In this document: positions 29,292 to 38,947 of the stretch, in pieces
Numbering within the stretch: position 1 is the stretch's first letter
Layout of the letters: each line of letters starts with the position of its first letter
DNA from: Diplonema japonicum
Taxonomy: Eukaryota; Protista; Euglenozoa: Diplonemea
Assembly: GCA_964019335.1 (NCBI GenBank)
Contig: OZ025681.1
Coordinates: forward strand, 534,079-598,078
Length of the DNA: 64,000 bases
Direction of reading: 5' to 3'
Translations under genes and position numbers: made by a program
The notes under the pieces: model-generated
Told to the model about the DNA's origin: nothing
The model's database searches: none
Seen by the model: only the letters and a program-made list of their open reading frames with translations

Positions 29292-32200
29292 TCATATCTT
29301 CATGGTAGAATAGTCGTCAGCAGGGCTGTACGCCGGTTGCCCGACTTGTACCCCGTTCATGGGCACGTTCATAGGCACATTGCTCTCTGCCCTCTCGACG
29401 CCCCCTAGGAACTCCTGTATGTTCACACCTTTGCTGCGGTGGTTCTTTACCATTATGAGCGCCACACCTGCACACACAGCAAGGACCCCGCCCACCACTC
29501 CCAGCACCCACCAAGGGAAGGACGAGCTGCTGTCCTCCTCAGGGACAGCCTCCGGGACGAGCCCCCCACCGACAACGGGTGCCGACCCATTCCCACCCGT
29601 CGTGTCAGGCGCGTCAGTGGCAGGTGCATAGGTCTGCCCGTCAGGCAGAGGTGTCGGTGCAGCGGTGTCGGGTGCTCCTGTCGCAGGGGCGTCGGTCTTG
29701 GGAGGGTAGGTCTGCCCTTCAGGGAGGGGTGTCGGTGCGACGGTTGCAGGGGCACTTGTTGCTGGTGCCATCGTGTCTGGGGCGGTTGTCGCAGGTGCAC
29801 CCGTTGCAGGTGCGTCGGTCTTGGGAGGGTAGGTCTGCCCTTCAGGGAGGGGTGTAGGTGCAACAGTTGCAGGGGCACTTGTCGCTGGTGCCATCGTGTC
29901 CGGGGCAGTCGTCATGGGTGCACCCGTTGCAGGTGCGTCGGTCTTGGGAGGGTAGGTCTGCCCGTCGGGGAGGGGTGTAGGTGCCACCGTGGCGGGTGCC
30001 GTGGTATCGGGGGCCCCCGTCTCGGGAGCACCGGTCGCGGGTGCCATTGTCGGTGCTGCCGTGTCAGGGGCGGGCGTCTCCGGCGGGTAGGTTGCCCCTG
30101 CAGGGAGGGCCGTTGGCTCCGCTGTGTCCGGTGCCTGCGTCACTGGTGCCGAGGTCTCGGGGGCCCCTGTCCTGGGAGCACTGGTCGCGGGTGCCATCGT
30201 TGCCGGAGCCGTCGTGTCAGGGGCGGGCGTGCTCGGTGGGTAGGTTGCCCCTGCTGGGAGCGCTGTCGGGGCGACCGTGTCAGGGGCAGGTGTCGAGGGT
30301 GCCATCGTGTCCGGTGCTCCTGTCGCCGGAGCTGTTGTCGAAGGTGCCGATGTCACAGGTGCAGAAGTGTCGGGCGCTGTCGTGTCAGGGGCGGGGGTGT
30401 CAGGTGGGAAGGTCTTCCCTGCGGGGAGCGCCGTCGGGGCGACCGTGTCAGGGGCAGGTGTCAACGGTGCCGTGGTGTCAGGGGATGTCGTGTCGGGGGC
30501 ACTTGTCGAAGGTGCCGAAGTGTCAGGAGCACCAGTGGCAGGTGCCATCGTGGCCGGTGAAGTGGTATCAGGAGCCGTCGTGTCAGGGGCGGGGGTGTCA
30601 GGTGGGAAGGTCGTTCCCGCAGGGAGCGCAGTGGGGGCGATAGTGTCAGGGGCAGGTGTCAACGGTGCTGTGGTGTCAGGAGATGTCGTGTCAGGTGCTC
30701 CAGTACTCGGTGCTGACGTGCCAGGGGCCGCGGTGTCAGGAGCAGTAGTGTCAGGAGCCACTGTCACAGGAGCACTCGTGTCAGGTGCTGGTGTTGCAGG
30801 AGAGACTGTCGCTCCAATTGGGAGGGGTGTTGCAGGAGCACTTGTGTCAGGAGCTGAAGTCATAGGTGCAGAGGTATCTGGAGCAGTTGTATCAGGTGAG
30901 GGGGTGTTGGGTGGATTCGTGTTTGGAGCAGGTGTGCCCGGCGAAGGGGTATCAGGTGTAGGTGTGTCTGGTGCTGTTGTGTCGGGAGCAGTGGTGTCGG
31001 GTGTCGGGGTGTCAGGGGAAGGTGTGGCAGGCGCATCAGTGGTTCCGCTGCTGCATGTAGTGAAGCTGCCAGCAATGAGGACCCATTGGTTCCACGAGGC
31101 AGGGAAGTAACAGATCTTGTACTCAGTGTTGTCCGCCAGGCCCGGGAGGGTTCCTGGACTCCACTCAGTCGCAACCCCTTCGACCTTCACAAGGGAGCCG
31201 ACAGAAGCGGAGCAGGCATTCAAAGCCGCACACTGCGTCTCCGCATTGCTGCAGTCGGTAGCTGTGTTCGGGACCACAGCAATCCTGTCAGAAGTCGCGA
31301 GCTCGTCCGTCCCAGGATAGAAGTGGAACACGGGGGCATCCACCCCTGGCTTCGGGCAAGTCGGCTTCGTTGAGAACAGAGGGTCACGGTGATCGCACAG
31401 CAGGGACAGGGTGTCGATGTAGCAGCCACTCGCACCGCTGTTCACAGCCATCTGGACTTGTGCCACAGCACCAAAGGTGGACGGGATCTTGGGTGCGATG
31501 GTTTGTGCCGCCCCATCCAAGGAGGTCGTGATGGCAAGGTTCTGCCAGTTCAGCCCGAGATCCAGCTTGTACCAGGTGTTCGCTGAGGTCGTCCCAAAGT
31601 ACTCGATCGAGTTGGAGTTGATCTTCACACCGAACTGCGAGAACACCCCGATGTACACACGGATGCTGTCACCGCTCGAGGAGGTAAGGGTGACAGAGAG
31701 CTGCGAGGTGGCGCTCGAAACACGTGCCCAGAAGCTCAAGGTGTTGGGCTGGATCCCCCCAGCAGGTTCGCTGTAGAGGTAGCCTGCCTGCTTCATGGCG
31801 AGGGAGCCCGCCCCCTCCTTCTTCACCGAAGTAGACACACCCGCAACAGAGGAGCTCACAGAGCCTGGGTCGTCGTAAGCACGGTTCACACTGTGGTGGC
31901 ACTCTCCGGGAATCTGGAACTCCACGTCCTTCACAGACCAGATGGGGGGCTGCCCGCTCGTGAACATGCTCCCCTTCAGGTAAAGGTCCACAAGCTCAGT
32001 CGCAGCCGTGCGGAAGGTGGAAGCCGCCTTCAAGGGACCAATCGTCACCACCTGACCGTTGATGTTCACAAGGGAGGTGTCGATCATGCTGGAGCGCAGA
32101 CCGTTCCACCCCGTGGTGGAAGGGTAGTCCGCAATCATCGCGTCGATGATGGCCTGCTTGTTCGCTGTCGTGTCCACCCAGGAGTCGTAGTCTCCGACGA

Positions 32201-34010
32201 GGGTGAGGGTAATGGAAGTCCCGCCCGCCCTCAGCTGGTCCTGTGTCAGCCCTTCCACCACAGACCCGGTCATCAAGATGTAAGAGGTGCACCACAAGTG
32301 GAACTCATCCATCCAAGCCGGTCCGAACATGATAGCCTTGTTGAAGCCATTGTTGCAGCCGTTCCTGAAGGCCACGCCTGTGACCTCCTGGTGACCGTCG
32401 ATGAACAAGTCGGCCGTCTGTGCCCCCCAGTTCACGTGGATGTCGAAGTGGTAGAAGTGCTTTCCCAGTGCCTCAGCCCCTGCCTGCTTGTTGTTCAACC
32501 ACCAGCCACCGCTCTGGAACATCACCTGGAAGCAAGAGGTGTCACCGTCACGGAAGTCGAGAGCGGGGGTCTTGGAGTCGTCCGTGAAGCGTGCCATGAA
32601 GAAGGTGATCCTGCGAGGCTTGCTGTTGGAGAGGAGGGTGAGCTGTCCCTGGGCGGAGGCGCCAGGGTCCGCTTCGTCCCCAACCCTCCACGAGCCGCCA
32701 CCCTCCGCGTAGAAGGCCGTGTCCAACTTAACAGTGGTCCCGATCGGGGCCCACGTCCCGATGTCCTCGTCGAAGGCATGCAGGTAGTTCTCAGGACAGT
32801 TCGAGAAACCCAAGCACTCCAGCCCACCGTAGGCCCCGTTGCAGGTACAGGGAGCGAGGGGGTTGTTCCCACAAGTCCCCCTCCCACCGCACACCTTCGG
32901 GTCGTCAGAGGAAACCCCGAAGCACACCGCATCCGTTGCCGACACCGACACCTCCACAGAGCAGGTCGTCGTCGTCCCGTCGCTCCCGGTGAAGACAGCC
33001 GCCAAGGTGTAGTCGTTTCCAGCGTGTGCCGCGGTGGGGGTGAATTTTCCAAGAGCGAAGCCGACCCTCCCGATGTTCGACCCGGTGGCGACAGACCACG
33101 TCAGAGCCGACGAGGGTGCCGTGGTGCCCCCGTAGGCCACAGTCATGGTCTTCCCCGCCGCGAAGAGGGCGTTGAACTCCACACGCCAGAGCTTCGAGTG
33201 CGGGATCACATGCTTCTTCCCGGACTGCTGCGAGGACCTGCAGATCGGGGCCGCGAAGGTGTCCGAGCAGCCGTTGTACATGAAGTTCACGGTGTCGACG
33301 TCCCCGTCGCTCAGCCCGAGACGCTGCCCGATGGGGAGCGGCGACACGATCGTCGGTTGGTTCCCGATGGCGAACCCGTTCGCCCCGTAGTGCATGATGC
33401 TCCCGTAGTCGTAGCTCCCGATGTCCCTCCCGTTCGCCCCCGTCTTCTCAAAGTTGTTCTCCATACCCGCCTTCACCTGGCTCATGTCCACATACACGAA
33501 CTCGTCACGGTCGTTCCTCGCCTGCTCGTGCGACAGCCCGATGCTGTGCCCGATCTCGTGGATCGTCGCCCCTGTCCCGCAGTTCTCCGCCAGGTTGATC
33601 TGGTTCACGTCCCCGTAGGTCCCCACGGGGGAGTTGCACGCCGATGCATCGGAGATGAAGTACAGGTAGGGCTTCCCACAGCCGTTCTTCGTCGCACACT
33701 TCGTGAAGCGCAGGCACGTCTTCGTCTCCCAGTGTGCCAGGGATGCCAGGATCCGAGGGTCCGTCTCCGTCAAGAGGTACGAAGCGGGCCTGGCACTGTT
33801 CGTGTACTGGGTCTCGATGAAGTAGTTCAGGCGGCCCCCTGCCCACAGCTGGTTCGTCGTTGTGAACCCCGATGACCCGAGGGTCTCCCCGCCACGTGTC
33901 TCGCGCACCTGGATGTCCGACTGTGTAATCCTGTACTTGTACTCCTGTGTCGTGGGCAGCTCCGCCACAGCAGCCGCCGCGAAGAGAACCGTGACCAGTC
34001 CTCTTATCAT
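29292..34010 (-). CDS. Astacin (M12A) membrane metalloprotease A: shared head + short mucin stalk + TM, 1572 aa
   Basis: Signal MIRGLVTVLFAAAAVA; HEIGHSIGLSHEQARNDRD; Met-turn SIMHYG; EGF-like CGGRGTC..CTCNGAYGGLEC; beta-rich ConA/LamG-like regions; TM WWVLGVVGGVLAVCAGVALIMV. Confidence 0.92.
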   Translation of the reverse strand: MIRGLVTVLFAAAAVAELPTTQEYKYRITQSDIQVRETRGGETLGSSGFTTTNQLWAGGRLNYFIETQYTNSARPASYLLTETDPRILASLAHWETKTCLRFTKCATKNGCGKPYLYFISDASACNSPVGTYGDVNQINLAENCGTGATIHEIGHSIGLSHEQARNDRDEFVYVDMSQVKAGMENNFEKTGANGRDIGSYDYGSIMHYGANGFAIGNQPTIVSPLPIGQRLGLSDGDVDTVNFMYNGCSDTFAAPICRSSQQSGKKHVIPHSKLWRVEFNALFAAGKTMTVAYGGTTAPSSALTWSVATGSNIGRVGFALGKFTPTAAHAGNDYTLAAVFTGSDGTTTTCSVEVSVSATDAVCFGVSSDDPKVCGGRGTCGNNPLAPCTCNGAYGGLECLGFSNCPENYLHAFDEDIGTWAPIGTTVKLDTAFYAEGGGSWRVGDEADPGASAQGQLTLLSNSKPRRITFFMARFTDDSKTPALDFRDGDTSCFQVMFQSGGWWLNNKQAGAEALGKHFYHFDIHVNWGAQTADLFIDGHQEVTGVAFRNGCNNGFNKAIMFGPAWMDEFHLWCTSYILMTGSVVEGLTQDQLRAGGTSITLTLVGDYDSWVDTTANKQAIIDAMIADYPSTTGWNGLRSSMIDTSLVNINGQVVTIGPLKAASTFRTAATELVDLYLKGSMFTSGQPPIWSVKDVEFQIPGECHHSVNRAYDDPGSVSSSVAGVSTSVKKEGAGSLAMKQAGYLYSEPAGGIQPNTLSFWARVSSATSQLSVTLTSSSGDSIRVYIGVFSQFGVKINSNSIEYFGTTSANTWYKLDLGLNWQNLAITTSLDGAAQTIAPKIPSTFGAVAQVQMAVNSGASGCYIDTLSLLCDHRDPLFSTKPTCPKPGVDAPVFHFYPGTDELATSDRIAVVPNTATDCSNAETQCAALNACSASVGSLVKVEGVATEWSPGTLPGLADNTEYKICYFPASWNQWVLIAGSFTTCSSGTTDAPATPSPDTPTPDTTAPDTTAPDTPTPDTPSPGTPAPNTNPPNTPSPDTTAPDTSAPMTSAPDTSAPATPLPIGATVSPATPAPDTSAPVTVAPDTTAPDTAAPGTSAPSTGAPDTTSPDTTAPLTPAPDTIAPTALPAGTTFPPDTPAPDTTAPDTTSPATMAPATGAPDTSAPSTSAPDTTSPDTTAPLTPAPDTVAPTALPAGKTFPPDTPAPDTTAPDTSAPVTSAPSTTAPATGAPDTMAPSTPAPDTVAPTALPAGATYPPSTPAPDTTAPATMAPATSAPRTGAPETSAPVTQAPDTAEPTALPAGATYPPETPAPDTAAPTMAPATGAPETGAPDTTAPATVAPTPLPDGQTYPPKTDAPATGAPMTTAPDTMAPATSAPATVAPTPLPEGQTYPPKTDAPATGAPATTAPDTMAPATSAPATVAPTPLPEGQTYPPKTDAPATGAPDTAAPTPLPDGQTYAPATDAPDTTGGNGSAPVVGGGLVPEAVPEEDSSSSFPWWVLGVVGGVLAVCAGVALIMVKNHRSKGVNIQEFLGGVERAESNVPMNVPMNGVQVGQPAYSPADDYSTMKI

Positions 34011-34033
34011 TTTACTTTTTGTGCTAACTCCTA

Positions 34034-35979
34034 AAGTGTGAGTCGAGGGAACACTAAGAAGCCAAGGTGCTCGAATTACCAAGCAAGACTGTCATGCGAA
34101 ACTGCACCATCTTCTCTCTCGCTCTCGTTGCGGCATTGGGATGACGCACAAGGCTCGCACTACCCTTGCAGTATTCAAAAGAGGAGGCTCAAGGCCTCAG
34201 AAGTGCCAGGCACGAAATACTGTTCTAAGTTCACTCCGTCTCAAAATAGGAACGAAGAGAGCATACGGCCATCAGACTTTCACCCGGTTGCCGAGGATAA
34301 AAGGAGTAGATATGCGCAGTGCAACACTTCTTGTACACGGGGTGCTGAAGGGACGATGGAAAGAATAAAAAAGGGGGTAAGTGGGAGTGGGAATGAGTGG
34401 CGGGCTGGGTGGAGTGATGAACAAAAACAAAAAAGAAATTTAAATCTCTTCCCCCCCCCCCCCCCCCGTAGTTGTTCTTTTTTTTTATTTGGGTAAACAA
34501 CGTTTTTTTCAGTAAAACTTTCTTTTTTTTTTCTTTGTTTTTCTTCTTCTTCCCTTTGGAAAAAAAAAAAAAAAAGGTTTTTTGATTTTTCACCACTTAG
34601 GCTACTGATGACAGTGGATACCGAAAACTTAAGTTACAAGTTTTAGTTTCAAAGTGACTGATAATCACAAGTAAATTGGAGTTTGAAAAACGGTGGGGAG
34701 CAAACTTTCCAGCTGAGAAGAAGCGTAGCTACTGAAAGAATGGTGGGTTCCGAACTTCCCAAATATCCCCCCCCCCCCCCCCCCACAAGAAAAGAGTTAC
34801 TGAAAACGTTGATTTACCCCCTTTTTATTATGATCTCACAAAAAAGAAGAAAGAAAGAAAAAAGCAGAATCCACATGGAAAGTGAGGTGAGTTTGTTCCG
34901 GAGCATACACAACTTACTATCGTAATTGCTCTGGAAAATAAGGTTCACCAGCCTTTCGTGTTTCATTTGCTTGTTTGAATCAATATGAGAAAAAGCAAGT
35001 AACAACGGAGGAGAGGGGAAAAGAGAAAAATGAGAAAGACACATTATTTTAAAGGGGGCCATGGGTTCTCCTGATCCCTGTAGAGACAAAACATTCTTTT
35101 TTTTTTTTTTTTTTTTTATTTAACTCCATCAAAATTTTCGTGGGTGGGAGTGAAAATAAAAATTCACTTTATTTCACTCCTGACTTTATTTTCACGCTCC
35201 GGCTTCTAAAAGAAATTAGGCCCAGGAGTGAAAAATTCTGATAGCGTTAAAATAAGAAATATTATTTCACTCCTGGGCTAATTTAAGCAAAACCCTCCAA
35301 AAATTCCTACCAAGGTTCCTTTGGGATAGGCAAGAACCCGACTGCACAAGAGGCGGACGCAGCAGGGTTCACCCCCTTCCAAGAGCCATACGAAAAGGAG
35401 TGGGCACGCTTTTGTGTGTTTCATAATTATAGGAAGGAAAAGAAGGGCCCGTCCGAAAGAAGAGGATTCTATTCTACGACGTGAAGCAAGGCCTCCTGCC
35501 GTTCAGTCCGGGCGGCTTATTCAAGGCTAAACTCGGTTGTGAGGAGGAATTACAACAAGCAGTTGCAAGACCACCCCCGACTAAAGGTCCCCCTCAAGAG
35601 GTTCCAAGAAAGCGAGTCAACAAAAAAGGCGAACATCTTTACCCAAGAGCAAATAACAGAATTCTTTAGCACCGAGGTATGGCATCGTCCGCCACGCTTA
35701 TGCAGCGTTGATGTTTGCAGGAAGCATGTGCACTACCGAGGCACATATCCGACACCTGTTGTAATTGGTACCACCTGTACCTCCCACCCACTCAAATTTT
35801 GCTGTCGTTAAATAAAATATCGTATTTGTGAATATAAGATTGATGATTTCACTTGTGGTGGCAGTTTTGACTCGTTAAACGTTATAACACTCGCTTCGCT
35901 CGTGATATAACCGTCATTACTCATCAAAACCACTGCCACCACGCGTGAAATCATAGGATCTTATATTCACTAAATAAAT

Positions 35980-36026
<47 letters not shown>

Positions 36027-37085
36027 TGCCGAAAAAAATGACGGCCTGTGAGATATTTTGTGTTCTCACGAAACTCGTCCATTCTCTTCCCCCCGCTTCC
36101 CCTTTGATTTCGCTTTTTCGTCTTTTCGTCAAGAAAAAACAACAAAAAAAAAGGGGGGTGGGGGACACCGCCCTTTCATCCTACTCCTTTTACCATATCC
36201 TTTTGTTTTTTTTTAATTTTTTTTGTTTTTTTTTTTTTTTTTTTCTTTTTGGAGGGAGCTAGAAAACTATATTTACTGTAAAATCTCTTTTCGTTGGAAC
36301 ATCAGGAAAAAAATCCATAAAAATATAATCAAAAAACTATCAGTGCTGGCCAAGCGAATGGTAACACACTATCGTTTTTTTTTTTTTTTTTTCTTTTTCT
36401 TTTTTAATTGAAGTAATTAATTGCACGAAAGAATAGATTTACAGCTTTTAAAAGGTGGAACAGGGCCTTTTTCTTTTTCTTTTTTTTTCCCTTCTTGTCC
36501 CCATTGATTTTGCTTTAATTATATTTTTTCCTTTTCTTTTTGCGTTTTTAAATTCAAGTGGCTCTGGGGGGCTGGAGAAAAAGCTACCTATTTATTTCTT
36601 TTCTTCTTTTTTTTTATTTGAGAAAGAGACAGGATTTAAACCCATTTGGAGAAAGGTGGGGGAGGGGGAGGGGGTGCAAACCCCTAATTCCCCCACCTTC
36701 CTGCGCAAGTGAGATATGGTGTACGTTCCCCACCTTCATTTTTTTTTTTTTCCCTCCCCGTTTTTATTCCTCGTCACGTGGGCATGGGGGAGAAGAATAA
36801 GAGAGAATAAAAAAAAAAAAAGCTTTTTCTTCCCCTCTTATACTCTCCTCCCTCCCCCGCACCCCTCTTCTGTTTTCATTTTTATCTTTTCCCCACAAGT
36901 GCTCGCGAGAAAAACAACGAAAAGAAAAAAAGTTTCAAAAAAAAAAAAAGAAGAAGAAGGAGAAAACCGGGGCGGGGTGGGGGGGAAATATCTATACGTT
37001 ACTTTATGATTATCGGTACGTGGCAGGGGGTGGGAAGGTAAAGGGGGAAGGGGTAAAGGGGCAGTTTGATTCAGGTGGAGAGAGA
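34034..37085. repeat. Segmental duplication, copy 2 (carries a 65-bp inversion and an 865-bp insertion)
   Basis: Direct alignment by eye with 24930-27493. Confidence 0.9.
35117..35981 (+). mobile_element. Second tyrosine-recombinase (Crypton-like) relic with long 3' hairpin, inserted in poly(T)
   Basis: Empty site (plain T-run) in duplication copy 1 at about 25995-26016. Fragments YEKEWARFCVF and AYSRLNSVVRRNYNKQLQDHPRLKVPLKRFQESESTKKANIFTQEQITEFF. Palindrome 35823-35976 with a CTCGCTTCGCTCG loop. Ends TATTT...AAATAAATAG. Confidence 0.75.
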
Positions 37086-37596
37086 AAAAGATTCCACACA
37101 TATGGTGTTAAAACAATTTTTGAAGGGACATTCTTTTTTTATTATTATTATAAGCACCAAAGTGCTTTGAAATATTGCAAACCAAAGAAAAAGCTTTTAA
37201 AGAAAAAAGGGGGGGGGGGTGTCGGTCACTTTCGGTAAACCTAATTCCTTGATGTTGATTTTTTTGGGGGGGGGGCCTTATGGAAAGCTCTTGGCACGTT
37301 GCCAACGTTCCCCTTTTGTTTAGACAAGTCGAAGACTCGTTCTTGCAAAAACGGAAAAAGAAGAAGAAAAAAAACGAAGGTTTTTTTTTTTTTTTTTTTT
37401 TTTTGTTCGTTTTTTTTTTTTTTTTTTTTTTAAAAGTATTATTATTGCGTGTGCATAGATTTAAAAAAAAAAAAAGCAGGCAAAAAAAAAAGAAAAAGAA
37501 AGAAAGAAAGAAAGAAAGAATACCATTTAAGCAAATTTTACGTGCATTCGTTGTCCACTTTAGATTTAAAAAAAAAAAGAAAAACAGGGCAAAAAA

Positions 37597-37720
37597 AAAA
37601 AGAGTCAGCTGATTGTTTGTGCAAGCCGTTTTCACCTACAGTAGGGATAAACGGACAAGCTGCCTCTACTCTTTTTTGCAATAACAATTCTTTTCAAAAA
37701 TTTGTTTACTTGTTCCAGCA
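37597..37720. repeat. Dispersed structured non-coding element
   Basis: Near identical to 61241-61365. Confidence 0.85.
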
Positions 37721-38524
37721 AAAAAGAAGAAAAAAAAAAAAAGAAAAAAAAAAAAAGGCCTTGCTTGTTCGCAGCGAAATAAACTTTTTTAAGTTGCCTC
37801 TTTTTTTTCTTTTCTTTTTTTTTTCCCCGCTTGTGAGGAAAGCTTCTTGATCGGCAACAGAAGAAAAAAAGGACAAATATTACTGGTTGGGAGGGGTTTC
37901 AAAAGTAGGGGGGGACACTTTTCTCGATTCTTTTTTTTTTGTGACACTTCGCGACCTACGGGATAACGAAGGTCAAGGAGCTTCTCACCAAAACAATTTT
38001 GGTTGCTGCAATGTGCCCACTAAAACTACACATACCTCTTTTTTCTTCCCCCCCAAATTAACCTGAGTGGACCAGGTGGGTGCACAGTCAGGCCGTGGCA
38101 CTACGTTAAAAAGAAAAAAGAAAACCGGGAAAAAAAAAAACGAAAAAGAAGGAGAGGGAGAGAGGAGCAAGAGGGTGCAATTGGTACAGAAGAGCTTTTT
38201 CAGAAAGATCGTCTCCCCTCCTTTTCCTCGGTATAAAGAAAAAAAAAGGGGGGGGGGGAAGAGGAAAAAAAAAGAAAAGAAAAGAAAAGAAAAGAAAAGA
38301 AAAGAAAAGATCCTACTTATTTTGCTACTCTTTTTTCCGAAGACCGAAGGGGTAGAAGATAAAATGAAATTAGAAAGAATACTTTTTTTTTTTTTTTCTT
38401 TTTTTTTTTTCTTACGCTTCATATCCGCTTAGTGACCACAGCCCGCATTTTGAGGGGCTAAAATTCAAATGGAAAAGTGCCCAGGTGCAAAAGTTTGCAA
38501 CTAGTCAAAACCCAAACTGGCGAT

Positions 38525-38559
<35 letters not shown>

Positions 38560-38947
38560 GAAGATTTCTTTTAGAACACTTCCTTGGAACACCTATGACC
38601 CAATTTGGACATAGGCCGGGCCACTTAGCGGATCTGGAGCGTTGTTATTTTTCTTGGTTCCCTCTTTTCTTCTTCTTCTCGCCCTCAATTTCTCCTTTCT
38701 CACTAATCACAAAACTCTGAACAACAACAACGTGAAAGAGCCTAACTCAACAGGCTCCTAGGGGGCCGGGGGGGGGGGTGCTCTTCTTTCTTTCTTCTTT
38801 TACTGATGTCTTAGAGTCCCAGTCGTCCAGCTAAGGGCGGACTAAAAAAAGGCTGTGCCCAACAAAAAAAAAATGTTTCTTTTTTTTTTTTTTTTTTTTC
38901 CCTTTTTTTTTCTTCCTCTCCTTTCATTTTTTTCTAGTTTCGTTCAT

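Noticed and set aside
31893-33875. 660-aa plus-strand ORF (also 43097-45079 and 58975-60957)
   Set aside because: Antisense shadow of the GC-rich astacin head; no recognisable motifs, and repeated only because the head is repeated.
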